In this document: one piece after another, positions 51,101 through 64,000 of the stretch
How positions within the stretch are numbered: the first letter of the stretch is position 1
How the letters are laid out: each line of letters begins with the position of its first letter
Source of the DNA: Tubiluchus corallicola
Lineage: Eukaryota > Animalia > Priapulida
Direction: 5' to 3'
Length of the DNA stretch: 64,000 bases
Assembly: GCA_030141605.1 (NCBI GenBank)
Contig: JAQGDQ010000059.1
Span: forward strand, 682,001 to 746,000
Position numbers and translations under genes: made by a program
Notes under the pieces: generated by a model
What the model saw: only the letters and a program-made list of their open reading frames with translations
Database searches by the model: none
Told to the model about the DNA's origin: nothing

Positions 51101-53099
51101 ATTTCAAGTTCAGTAGCAGCAGAACATTTGCCTAGTTACTGTCCAATCCTGGAACGGACCGTCAGTAATGTTTATATTTTTCCTTTGTCCTTTTATTAGC
51201 TCTATTTAGATTCTGGTTACTATTCTCTGAAATTGTTGGACATTTTATAAGCAACTATTAATTAAACCAATTTGTTAATGATGGCACATTCTTTGTTAAG
51301 ACGTAATTTTAGTCATGAATTGTGAAGAAAGTTATTTCAGTTCAATTCAAGACAATTTATATATCTCATTTGCAGTAGTAAAATTTGGCATGAAGTAATA
51401 ATTTTACTATAAATTCAGGGAAACGAGGTGGCGAGAGTCGCCAAACTTGACTATTCGTAGATGACTAAACATTTGACTATTCGAAGATTGCTCATAGCGA
51501 ACTTGTATTGATTAGTCAGTACACTAGTAATAGTTTAAGTTTCACAGACCCAGTCGAAAAAGTAACATAGAAGAAACATTACCCATTTATTAACTGCGTG
51601 TTTTGTATATACGTCTCATCCTTCGCAAATAATTTTATTCATTGCAATTTCTTTCCTGAAATCGTAATTTATTACAATAAGCATTAACTAGCGGATTCAC
51701 TTAGCTGAGTCCACCAGCTAACAGGATTTCAGCAGCTTTGCCTTTGTGCAGCACGTGCACAAGCAGCTTTGTGCTTAATTTCTCATTTTATTCACAGTAA
51801 TTCGGTCTAGTTCTGCACCTTCCGGCAAAAAACTAATTTCACACTCTGACTGAAATACTCAGAACTTTTTCTTTTCACACATCGTGGATAAATTTCGCGC
51901 AGTTATTATATTGGTGTTGAAGCTGTTCACAGTCCTGCAGTGTTAATTGTTATAAATGCCTTGAGTTAACTCGTTCTTATCCAGTGTAATGCTAATTGAT
52001 TATGCAAATGTAATCAGGTTTAAATGCAACGCAAATCTGATTGCTTTTGAATTTTCTCAAACACTTGATGATTGATACTGCCTGGGTTTTTTCTGGTTGA
52101 TCTTGTTTATCACATTTCTTTTCTCGCGAATTTTGTCACTTTCCGAATCTGACGTGGTGGGGCGTTTGTTTCTTTATTCATCCATCTGTCTGTCTGTCCG
52201 CCTAATTATTTCGTAATAAGCGTTAGCCATCGAATTTATTTTTTGTGTCCACTAGCTAATAGGATTTCAGCCGCCGTGCGTCCGTCTGTCTATTCATTTA
52301 TTTGTCAGTTTGCCTGGAGCTAAAGCTGTAAAATAGTCGTTGATATCTAAAAGTTTAGCATTTCGTTCAACTTACTGTAAGTTCATTTATTTACTCCATT
52401 AACATTATTCCCTTAAAATTCTCTCTGCGTGGTTTGAAAATACTAATGAAAGATCAATGTTGTCACGGTCTGTCTGTAAAGCAAGGAAACAACAAGAAAG
52501 AGCAGAATGCAATGATAAAGACGTAAAAGAGAAACCTACACATCTAATAATAACTAGCGACTTCGCAACTCCCTGACTACTGATGAAAACAGGTGGTTTG
52601 TGACAGAGAGCATTATCGGAACATCATAGTGAACTAGTAACCAAGACCAAGTTATAGTAAATAAATAATTTTAACAAATAAAGAGAAAATTGCTTTATAG
52701 ACTTTGCCTCCGCTACGCACTCTTGCCGTCAAGATCATCTGCCTACAGCTTGCAGTTTTCACCGGTACCCTAATAGAGCAGTGCACATTGAATCACGCTT
52801 CAAATATCACAAGAAACTACGCAAAAATGTCATACGTATTAAACAAATATTCCTTGCGTAAGGAAGGGAAAATAGAAAATTTTGTTCTCTGCTGAAAAAA
52901 TTAATTAAGCAAATTGAAATAGGGTTTTTGGATTTAAAGATGATCAAGCAAAAATTAAATTAAGTTAAGAGGGCAACCAACCGTGCACACAAACCAACGG
53001 TAGTCGCAAAGTTATGATCATTTGAGGAAATGAGAAACAGACAGTAAGTAGAAACTGTGCAAAAACTACAAAGCATAATCTAAAACAATGTTGAAGAAG

Positions 53100-53480
53100 C
53101 AATCAAAGTTAAGTAAGGTGTCCTAGATCTGAAAATTAAAAGGACCGTTTACAAAGCACGACGAAAAGTCTGATATTTGAACGATTTCTGCCAGAAGTGT
53201 TTACTATAGAGGTGAAGACAAATGCAATATTCCACCGTTTAAAGACAGAAGCACACATAAGATTTACACTGTTAAAAAGTGTATCACTGTTAAAAAGCAG
53301 TAAGGAAAATAGACTATATGGTCTACAGACTCTACATGATCACATGACGATATTTGCCTGAAGGTTTTTAGGAAGAGGGTAGGGGATGTAGCTGCATTGT
53401 CATTTGTCGCTTACAAACATTTTTCAGAATCCTATGGAATCTGGGCAGTTACCAAAGGATATTGCACCCTCTTTCTAAAA
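53100..53480 (+). mobile_element. Decayed CR1-type LINE ORF2 fragment (region just upstream of RT)
   Basis: Broken frames give EKSDI-LNDF...VFTIE and IFQNPMESGQLPKD-IAP, matching the CR1 pattern EKA.ILN.FF.SVFT.E and IF..S..TG.LP.DW. Confidence 0.55.
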
Positions 53481-53621
53481 CATATACACTGTTATAACAA
53501 AAATGCCGCATTCGCATAACCTAACAAGTTGCACGTTGGTATATTACAATCATGTAACCGTCTTTGTGCCGTGTAATAAACCTGCGAGGGGTCGATAGTT
53601 ATCTGTGATGAGACGGGTACT

Positions 53622-54130
53622 TGTCACGGTCTGGCTGTGCTCTAGTTATTGGACTGGATTAGTTTCTTTCAGTTCTAGACGCAAGTCGGGCTTTGGCTTG
53701 ATCCTGTCTGGTCTTTTGGAATCTAAACTCTAGTTTTTCTGAGGTATGATAGTTCTGTTTATTGGCTGACCTGTCTAGAGTCTGGTCTGTTTGAGGTTTC
53801 ACTTGTCAGAGTTCTGGTCTGACAACGATGCCCTTTTTACGCCCAGAGTACCAGTCTAACCATAGATGAGATTGTGCTTCCGTCAGATCCCCGTATAGAA
53901 AACTCATTTGATTAGATACTCTAGTCTAAAGGATCAGACCCTAGACAGACGTGCTACAGATCAAACCTCTGTTAGATCTTCTTCGAATAGACCAAACCCC
54001 CAGACAGACCAGCTACAGACCATACCTGATCAGACTAAGCCGGAGTCAGCCCTAATCTAGGACAGAAAGAAACTGATCAGGTTCAGTAATAACAGCAACC
54101 TCAACTAAAGACTAATCACAGACTATGATG
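53622..54130. mobile_element. Foldback-like element with long imperfect inverted arms
   Basis: Left gttatt..gattagtttctttcagttctaga..gatc..gtctggtc pairs with right gaccatac..gatc..tctaggacagaaagaaactgatc..aataac; gtctg-rich left half, cagac-rich right half. Confidence 0.65.
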
Positions 54131-56380
54131 AACCAAAAGTTGCCGCGTAATGACTGTTACCAGAGAGCAATGTAAAATTCGCTGTACAATGTCGAATCTT
54201 GCTTTTTGTTATATAGTGCAACATTTTTGTTATCCATAGTGCTGTTTTGTTACATAATCAGGATCTTTTTGGACTGCGTGTTTGTCAGATTTATACATGA
54301 TCTACCTAATTTAGTACCAAAGAGTGAAGCAATAATCGTGTAATATATTTTTAAAAATATATATTTTAATATATACATCAATAAGAATGGAAAGTTTGAA
54401 GTGGCTTTTTAAATAATCAGAGTTTACATAATCAAAACCTTAACCTGCGTTTTAATCGCGATCGGTTCTGACCTGTTCAACTAATAACTAATGCCCATTT
54501 CACTGTGTACTGACGTGTAGGTTTGCCACTTTTCAAGGCCTTATGATTTCTGAAGCCACAATACCCTTCGTTAATTTAATAGTAGTATTTTTAATTAACG
54601 TCATTATATATATATATATATATGTGACGTATATATAGTATATAGTAGCTTGTACTCTCTTAATGTGTTGTTAAATGCAAGAAAACATTTTAGTAGAAGA
54701 GCTCCTTCCACAGGTGCAGGAAGCTTAATAACGTGTGCTCAGTGCTAATAAACTTTATAAAACGTTCTTAATTAACTACTTATTGTGGAACTCGTTATCA
54801 GCTGCACTGGCCAGCCACTGAAGCAGTTATGATTCCTGGAAGTCGAAATACGGGTAACCTGGCACCGAAATCGGTTTCAAAATAAAATATTCGGTCTGCG
54901 TTGTTTATTAAAATCGCGCACTAAACGTAATGGATATTCTGTTTCATTGAGTTCATGGGATCATTTTGGATCATGATCGTCGTAAAATCGAGCTGTTGCT
55001 CTTCTTGAGAACGATTTATTTATGTAGAATGTAAATTGAACCGATCACATATTTTTGCCTTATAAATTTAACTTGTGGAGAATTACAGTTGTAGTAGAAA
55101 GTTTACAGGGTTGGTCTTGGAACGCTAAAAAACGACACGCAACATAGTACAAGCCTCTAAATGTCACCCAGTTGTTTACTTGCCATGCCCAGTATGGCTT
55201 TTGTCGCTAAGCTCTCTCTGTGACCATCACAGTTGGCATTATTTTTATTAAAATTTTAATTGCTTTGCACTGTTTTACAAGCACTTTTATTAATTAGTAC
55301 TATATTTTTTTTAAAAAACGAATATTAAACATTGAAAACAGTCGTAAGGGCAATTTATAGAATTATCGGGAAAGAGCATTTGAATGGAGGTTTCGGTAAA
55401 GTTTTATGCGAAAGAATTCGCTCGCTTTTCACATTGCATTCAGTGTAGTGTTTATTACCCACTCAAACAACAGTTGAAATCTTATTATCATTTCGACTTT
55501 TTCTAAGGTGGCAAATACATGAAATTAAAAATTGCACAACTAAAAGTTACGTAACTATTTTGTAAAATACTGCTTTAAACGAGAGCTTTAAACAGCAAAC
55601 ATGATTTTTAATTGTGCAATAGTTAAGCATAAAAAGAAGACAGTATCTTATGAAGAGGCACTATTTGAGCATACAAGAGAGAACAAGAAAGGCCAGCAAA
55701 TTAATGAAAATAAACTATTCTCACCATCTTTATTAGCATCTTTTAAGAGATTCGTTGACAAACTTAGAAACTGTAGACTGAAATATATTACAATTTTGAA
55801 AGTGAGCAGCGCTGCGATCAAGTCTCAATACAGTCAACACATTTATGCTGCCCACTACTGATTTTCCCCGCTATAGCTATCGTTCGTAAAGGTAGATACA
55901 GTTTACAATTATGCTCCTAGTCAGTCATGAACTGACGAAGCCAAACAACATTTGTTTTTGGATTTCGAATTTTCTAAATGCGTAAGTAATTCAATTCATA
56001 CACTTTTTAAGCAGTTTCTGTTCTTAAAGTAATGTATGCCAGTATATTACAGATGCTACAAGCTCGAGAGAGTTTAAATTTTGCGTACATTACATTGTAA
56101 AACGTGTATGTAAGCTTACTTAGAGCAGTAAAAGAAGCCGAAAGATAAGAGTCGTTTTTTTCAGGTATTGTTTTTTCTGCACTTGATGTCGAGACAGTCC
56201 AATAATACGTAGCAGTTCATCAAAAGTATTTGGACTGATCCGATAATAACCATAGAATTTGCTCAGATGAGTCGTATGTCGTTATAGAGCTTATAAAATT
56301 GCCCTTTCGGTAACTGCTGGCTGTTATCGGCGAATCCAATATTTCGAGTGTCTCTTTATTTTTTTATGAATTAATAATAC

Positions 56381-56540
56381 ACCCATACGTGCATGCAATC
56401 TCTTCAGTTTCCATAGTCCCAGTTGCGCAATTTAAAACTGCATGTGTGTGCGCCCGATTTTGGTATACCAGTAAAATTGCTGCAACTTTCCGTCGCAACT
56501 TTTACTTGCGCAACTGAAAATTGCATGTCTGCGCAGGGCT
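56381..56540. mobile_element. Small palindromic MITE (PIF/Harbinger-like)
   Basis: Inverted pairs catgcaat/attgcatg and cagttgcgcaa/ttgcgcaactg. Confidence 0.5.
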
Positions 56541-57479
56541 AAGAGTAAAAAGATCTCGGAGGAGGCAGGCTGCCTATGGGAAAACAAATTAGAGGAAAAA
56601 AAATTTTTCAGGTATCTTCTAGAATAGTCTGGTCAAAGTTTAAACGTTTGTAAGTATTTGGCATGTTCGACTCGAAAGATTAACGCAGATCGTCTTGTTT
56701 ATGTTATTTGCTCTAGTTTCAGCGAAGATGTTTGATCTGATTTGCAAACAATACTTACAGGAAATTGGTGAACACAGTTTTATTGACTGTTCCTGTTTAA
56801 TTTCAAGTCTGATGGGGAATAAGTGTTAGCGTTTTGCGAAGCCAGTCTTCCCATAAAACCTAGTGTTGCTTTTCCTGACGTCACCAACCTCTCCAAATGA
56901 GAGTTCAATTTTAGTATTTATTATTAACATGAAACAAATTGCGATTCGTCCTTGCAAACGTCTCTGTCTTTGCGCAAGGCTTCTCTTCGCTCGACCGCCT
57001 CTGCGACTAATATAAATGCAAATATCTACCGAACGAAGTTCAGAAAAAATAAGGTTTTCCATTCTAAACGCGTCACGCTTTCTGTTTTAATTTTCAACGG
57101 ACTGCGCGTTTTGCTTAAGCGCGACGTTAATAACGTTGGCATCCCGTGAAAAAAGGAAGCCAAGTTACTACATATATGGCAGGAAACCACAAGGCCAGGG
57201 CCTGCCTGGCTGTCAAAGGGTACCTATCTAGCTTCCTGCCTCCTGTATGGTTTTTATGTTGTAATAATGTACAAAATGGTTATATTTGGAAGTCTGTAAT
57301 AATTGGAATTTCTTCATAGGAGAGTTTTTGTGACGGTTCGTCACTAATTTTTAACGTTATGCACAAACACTGTCGCTAGTGTAATACAAATTAATAGACA
57401 TGTCTCATCCAGACACTCCACAGAAGTGCAAATTCACGCCCTCTTATGAAGTTTCTATGAGCAAAAATTTGTTTTGGCA

Positions 57480-57706
57480 CTTTCCTATCTTGTGACCTGG
57501 GCAATTTTGGCTCTTCTACACCCAAAAGTAATGGTTTGCAGGTCTTGTCCAAACCACAGACCTATCACCTGACTAAGTTTGGTGACTGTATCTTCATTAG
57601 TTTTGATTTTGTTATACAGACAGACAGCACACACAGAGAAAGATGCGATCCCTTACACATCCACCTAGTCACACATCCAACCATACACACGTGTAGGCGT
57701 GGGTAA
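57480..57706 (+). mobile_element. HINE/DINE-1-like non-autonomous Helentron fragment
   Basis: aagtttggtgactgtatc, then a cagacagacagcacacaca microsatellite, then terminal ggcgtgggtaat; this architecture is typical of such elements. Confidence 0.5.
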
Positions 57707-58206
57707 TGCCGAAATAAGCTGCTATTGACAAACTGACAAATCATTATTATAAAACACGAAAAACAGATTTGTCACGTATTATATAGAATAATTAGCCTTG
57801 CATCTTCATGCACCGTTCACACAATGGGCGCTCTTGTAGCGACGATCGTAATCTACCTCGACAATTAAATATTTCCCGTCGTGTTACTCTCGTAAAACCG
57901 CCTTCTGTGTAAAATCTCTGGTTTTTCTTTGAGCTCTCTCCAGTAATTTCAGTTGCAGACAGCCTCTCGTAAAATGCTTTCTTATGTTCTGTTCGGATTC
58001 ATTTCCGACGGCTCAGCTGTCGCTGTATACAAGAGCGGAGAGAAGAGAGATTTGATTAAAATTAACAATTGTTAAAAAGAGCAGGCTGTGTTATGCTGAT
58101 GCATAACTATATTTAGCCGGATATTTCGTTTTCTTAGTAAGTCGCTCATTCCATTTACTTGAAGTATACACACAGTACAGTTAATGATTAGAGCGGAAAC
58201 TTCGCG

Positions 58207-58672
<466 letters not shown>

Positions 58673-61479
58673 GGGGGGTCAGTTGTAAAAATTTTGCGAA
58701 CTAGTAAAAGGGGTAGGAATATAAAATTCACCTTCATTGTTACCTGTGTATGTGACTATTTTATTTTGCTAGTGCCACAATTAATTTCACTCTAAAAGGA
58801 TCAAAACTGGAAAACGTATCTTCATGTTCATATAAGTATCTGTTTCCTCTTTCTGGCGACATTTTTAGTTTCGTTTCCGAGCATTCATGTAATTGCAATA
58901 TGAGACAGTCATTTCAAGATTAATTAAAGAGTTGAGGATGAATAGCTCCTTTGTGTAATGAAAGACGGACGAGAGCCGCCTGTTAACATTCTTCTTACCT
59001 TACATAATGATGAGGCAGAAAATGATACATTAACGCTTGTGCTTATGTTTGTAACTTGCTTGTAACTGGGCTTTCTTACATATGGATCAGGTCGGAGGTG
59101 GTCAAGTTTAATGGTTCACTATCAGCCTTTCTTTTAGCATTTATAAAATTGTTGATAATGTTTTGTCGTTTTTTAAAAGTTTAATGCTATTTTAAGACAG
59201 AATCCAGCACTCAGCACCAGATCTACTTAGTAATAAATTAGATACTTGCGGTATGACCAGAGTGTAAATCACTAATTATTAAAGATAACTGCTAACGTGA
59301 GACACTGAAGTGGAAAAAGCCACGTTATACATCTTTAATTCCTCACCTAGTTAGGTGAATATTGCAAACGAAATAGCCCAATAGCCCTTATTGAGGATGA
59401 CGTCACGGTTTTCGTAATCCGCAATTCGTTAGTCAGACAAATACCTCGCTGTGTAGTTGTATTACTAGGGAATAATGGAATAAACAGACGAAATCGTATG
59501 AAATTAGCAGAAAACGATGTACACCCCAAACGCCTTTGTTGTAATAAAAATACTCCACAGTTTCAAAATGAGTATAAAAGTCTTGAACAGATTTTTTATT
59601 TAAGTTGTCAGCTTGTTCGCTAGGATAATAAAAATCATTAATATAAATTGCGATCTTACATGGCTCATGTTCCAGTTTCTCATTTATATTCAAAGCAGTT
59701 TAACTTTTTTCCTAATTTACTATTCTGTGTCAATAGATTTTTAAGATTTTTTCCCCTTTAACTTATTACTAAAAAATTCTTGTTTTCTTTATTTAACTTT
59801 GTATTGAACTTGATTACTGTGGTAGTAATACTGTTTTCTAAACGGTTTCATCTATAGTACTGTTAGTCTCAATTTCAAGATTATCTCGACTATGTAAGTT
59901 ATTGTAAGATTAAGAATATTACTGTTCATCCATGGTTCGTTCCTTGTTTACATTTAATACATTTGATTGGTGCTGCTATGTTCGATTTTTTTTGTGATTA
60001 TGTGATCTCTAAATGAAAGCCACGAGGTATTTACATAACTAGTTGTATAAACACTTTCCCTAGGTTCACTATTTAATAAGCTTGCGTATATTAGTATGTT
60101 AGCTTCAGTATATTAAGGAATGATCAGGTAAAGCGGTGTCAATAACGCCATGTTGGGACACTTTATCAGTAACGTTCATTAAAATGTGACCAAGAATAGT
60201 ACTGTTCGAGCTGGTACCTCGAGTAGGTCTTAGTCGAAAGTTATGCGAAAAGTAAATTGTTACTACAGTTTGCGTCTAGGTTTAATATAATTATTCTTAT
60301 CCTGGTCTTGTGTTATTAGTTTTGTTTGATTAATTATATATGAAAACTGTTCAATAAAATCTAGTTCTGAATTGAAATCTAACCACTTCCTATATCATCT
60401 TAAGCTTAAAAAATAGTAGTATTTTCAATTTTTTGGGAGTGTCGGTACCCGGCAACGTCAAAATATTTTTTTCACAATAATTTGATCATCTAGAAAAGTT
60501 TTAGTTATTATTACTTAAACGCAGTATAAATGTATGGAAGGGTAGTAATGAAGCATTAAAGCAATATTCATAATTTTTGATAACTTCTAATACAAGTGGG
60601 TTGAGAAACATAGCGTGTTAAAAAAGCTTTTGTCGAGCCCAAGCAATATTTATGCCTTTGCTAGTACAGCTTCTTACCTGCTTGTACGACCTGCTTGAGC
60701 GGTCTTGGGGTATGCTCGCTGCTTTGCTATATTTTGAGTAATTCGTCTAAAGGGATAAAGGTTATTGCAAATTTCCAATTACAGGCCAGGCTCAACATGC
60801 TTATTTTGGTCACTAAGCGCATATGACCACTCAGCAAATGCCCTTTTATTACCTTTTAACACTCATAATAACAACTTTGTTAATAATCGTAATGTTGTGA
60901 TTTTGGTTGGTTATAGAAGCTTCCGGTATGTAAAATGTCGTTTGGTTTTTGTAAGCAGAGAAGGATCAATTTCCTTTTAACTTACATGTTACATGTACCT
61001 TCATTCGAATAATCGGCTTTGTTTAAAAGAGAACGTGTTTCACGTTGCATATATATACATATATATATCACATTTATAATTCATAGTGCGAAAATTGCTC
61101 TTGGTGCAAAACATGGAAACTGTGGAATTGTCACAGGGGAATTTGCGTGTTAGTTAAAATGTATAAATGTGGCATGCTTTTGTTCGTAAAAAACATGTCA
61201 ATAGGATCTGCAGAGACTTATGACACGTTGAACGTTGTAAACCACAGGCCTAAAGCACATTAAGGTATACCGTATCGATTAATGGCCTACTCCGTAAACA
61301 TTTTGGCAGATGGACTAGGTCCACGCAATAAACTCTCTTGATTATCTTTTTCACGTTGCAGATTGCATGTTGTTTATGAAGGGTAGTCTTTTTCTTTGTA
61401 CGAAGTTAATGTTGATGTTCCTGGTGATACTGTAGTAGCCCCAGGTACTTTGTCTCTGCTGTTCGTACCAGACTCTGTG

Positions 61480-61620
61480 TTTCACTTTGCTGATGCTATT
61501 ATTAATGATTACCACAATGCCCTACTCTTGATTAGAAATATACCCGAAAGGATCTTCGTCTAGCTTTAAAGTGGGGCCAAAGTCGGCTTACAAATTATCA
61601 GAGAACGAAAGATGTATAAT
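61480..61620 (+). mobile_element. RTE-like reverse transcriptase scrap
   Basis: FAD(A)...ALL and GAKVGLQI in broken frames resemble FADDIALL...AAKVGLQIN. Confidence 0.4.
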
Positions 61621-62099
61621 TTGTTAGCCGTAGCTATGGCAAAATGGGCGTTTCATGTTTCTGATTAATGTTACCTTTATTTCCTTGGTCATCATATACC
61701 TTTATGTATATAGTCTGATAGATCACTAATGAACAATATTAATAATACATCCATATATATCAAATGCGAAAAAAATTCTTAATGAAAAAAAGTTAAAAAC
61801 TGGAACGTGTGGGCCACCCAGACAAATAGCATACAAAAATGTTTGATCGATTGTGACAAGTGGCAATGAACAACAAATGATGATCAGCGATCAGTTTATA
61901 ATACAGGATGTTAATTGCTAATACTGTAACTGTGTAGGATTTTACCAATTGAAGTATAAGCATTTCGTTAATTAATTATATAGCACACAGGGAATCGACT
62001 TAATTAATGACGATTATAATGAAGTGCGCATACATAATTATTATCTAATATACAAATTTCAGAATAAGTATTATGGAATATGATTTACAATACCTGTTA

Positions 62100-62930
62100 A
62101 AGCGACCAGTTAAACAATATGAAATTTAATAGCTCTAAATTTAAAGAAATGTGTATTAATTTTTCCAGCCTTGAAACAAATATTCCTCCCGTTACTATTG
62201 ATGGGAAAAGTGCTGAAAGAGTCAGTTCCGTCAAACTACTAGGTGTCCATTTCCCTGATAATTTAACTTGGAATGTACTTGTTGAAGAGATACACAAAAA
62301 AGCCTGCGAACGTATTTACTTAATAAGACTTTGAAAGAGAGCAGGTATTTCCCAGAAAGATATGATTACTGTTTATTGTACTTTAATAAGACCATTACTG
62401 GCATACGCTTGTCCTGCATGGTATACTTCTTTAACATCAGAACAGGCGTATTTTAAAGTTAATTCTCCCCTGCACACCTTACGTAAATGGTTTGCAGCTA
62501 TAAAAAATTGAATATTTATCTGTACGTAGATATGACCTTTCAGAATTTTTTTTTAAGTCAATCCAAAATCAAGACAGTAGACTCCATTTTGCATTACCAC
62601 AATCTTCGAGAACAATTGATGCCCCATTTACTTCTTTGCCGTACTGAACGTTTTAAAAGTTTTTATACCATCTGCACTTTTTAACTATCAGTGAGTTCAT
62701 TACTACTGCACTGTGACACGGGATATTATAATAATGGATTTTAATAAGATTAATCTTAACGTAAATTATTGTCTTTTAAATGTAATATAATTTAAACTTT
62801 AGTCTATGTTAATTAATGTTTTGTAACGTCGTTTAACGCAATGTAATTTAATTGCAATTTTAAACCTCAGTGTATCTTAACTAATGTAATTAGATTTTAA
62901 CCTTCGGGTTCCAAGAGTTTTTAATAAGCC
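62100..62930 (+). mobile_element. 5'-truncated L2/CR1-group LINE (RT C-terminus and 3'UTR), inactive
   Basis: MKFNSSKFKEMCINF...KLLGVHFPDNLTWNVLVEEIHKKACERIYLIRL-stop-KRAG...YCTLIRPLLAYACPAW, later CRTERFKSF; contains a stop codon and an internal deletion. Confidence 0.85.
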
Positions 62931-64000
62931 TTTAATATTTTATTATCATGAGTGTTAACTTTATCAATCACATGACTTGGAAGATTATTAACCAAATAAG
63001 AAGTCATATGGTTAATAAAAAGTTATATACAATGTATGTCAAAGTACGGTATGAGAAAACATTAAATATAGGTTTATCAGGACGTACTGTTTCTCTTGCT
63101 GACTTAAGCCATCAGTCAGTTGTGTGCGACCTACCCCAGATTTGAAATGGCTTCATCGTCAACTCACATAAACACGTGCAAACTAATTGCATTATTTGCG
63201 GCGGTATTGCAAAATACCAGCTCACGTAGCGTTGCTTCTCTGTGTTAATGAGATTGCGAACTCAACGCAAATTACACTGTCGCAATATTAAAGGGTCATA
63301 AACAAAGGTTGTAACAGTTTTTTCCAAAGTTTATTGTACTATATTATATTATACCGTTGATAAATTACTATAAATGTCTAGTGAAGTAACATTTTCTTAT
63401 CATAAAATTTAACCAAAATTTATTTCTACTACTCTGGTTTTGTCTTCCGGAATTGTCAGTTTTAAGTTAAAACTTTGTCTTTTTTATTCTGCTGTATGAA
63501 TTTAGTTTGGTTTAAGTTAAAATATCGATGTTCCATGTAAGAGCGTCATGAAATGTTGAAATTGGTGGGCTTGGCACATTGGCATTGGGTTTGATTTTGC
63601 ACTTTGGCGGGTTTGGCAGTTGGCAGACTTGGCGGGCGTGACTGTGGTGCAAGGGGGTGCGCTTGAGGCGGTTAGTCTCTATGTCCCGTATAAGCCCTTT
63701 TCGAGTGTTCCATGAGAAGTGTTAGTTTTCTAATTCCTTAACGCTTTTACGTGAAGAATGTTAGTTTTCTAATGTTCCAAAGTACTCTTTTTGTAATTTC
63801 AAATCATAAATGGAAAACTTTATCTTTACTGAACTCTATGATTAGTACACCATAATGAACTCGGTTATTAGCACTCTACTCACTGGACGAAGTGCCTTCT
63901 CGTACATGTACTTATCCGATTTTTACGCAATACATTTCATACAAATTGTTTCCAGCTCTCTGCAGAAATCTTAGCCACGAAGTTCACTAATCTCTAGAAC

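Overview
AT-rich, intron-containing animal (invertebrate-type) genomic DNA, not prokaryotic, so most ORF-track entries are single exons or noise. I assembled three spliced genes by hand, with GT-AG junctions and consistent phases. (1) An SLC25A36/SLC25A33-type mitochondrial pyrimidine-nucleotide carrier (+, 7 exons, 5807-16016, 352 aa). (2) An SLC25A11 2-oxoglutarate/malate carrier (-, 9 exons, 33589-23478, 320 aa), tail-to-tail with gene 1. (3) TXNDC11 (+, 12 exons, 34022-45811, about 714 codons), head-to-head with SLC25A11 across 432 bp; its expected 3' exons were not found in the remaining 18 kb. The rest is non-coding: non-autonomous DNA transposons (one hAT with a perfect 8-bp TSD), LINE fossils (RLE-type, CR1, L2, RTE), SINE and HINE-like remnants, a foldback element and microsatellites. 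I found no clear new biological system. The best leads are the abrupt TXNDC11 break with a CpG-richer 18-kb region after it, an orphan promoter-like island between the two convergent carrier genes, a possible two-start-codon design in TXNDC11, and overlapping uORFs. Family assignments come from motif recognition and recall, not database searches.
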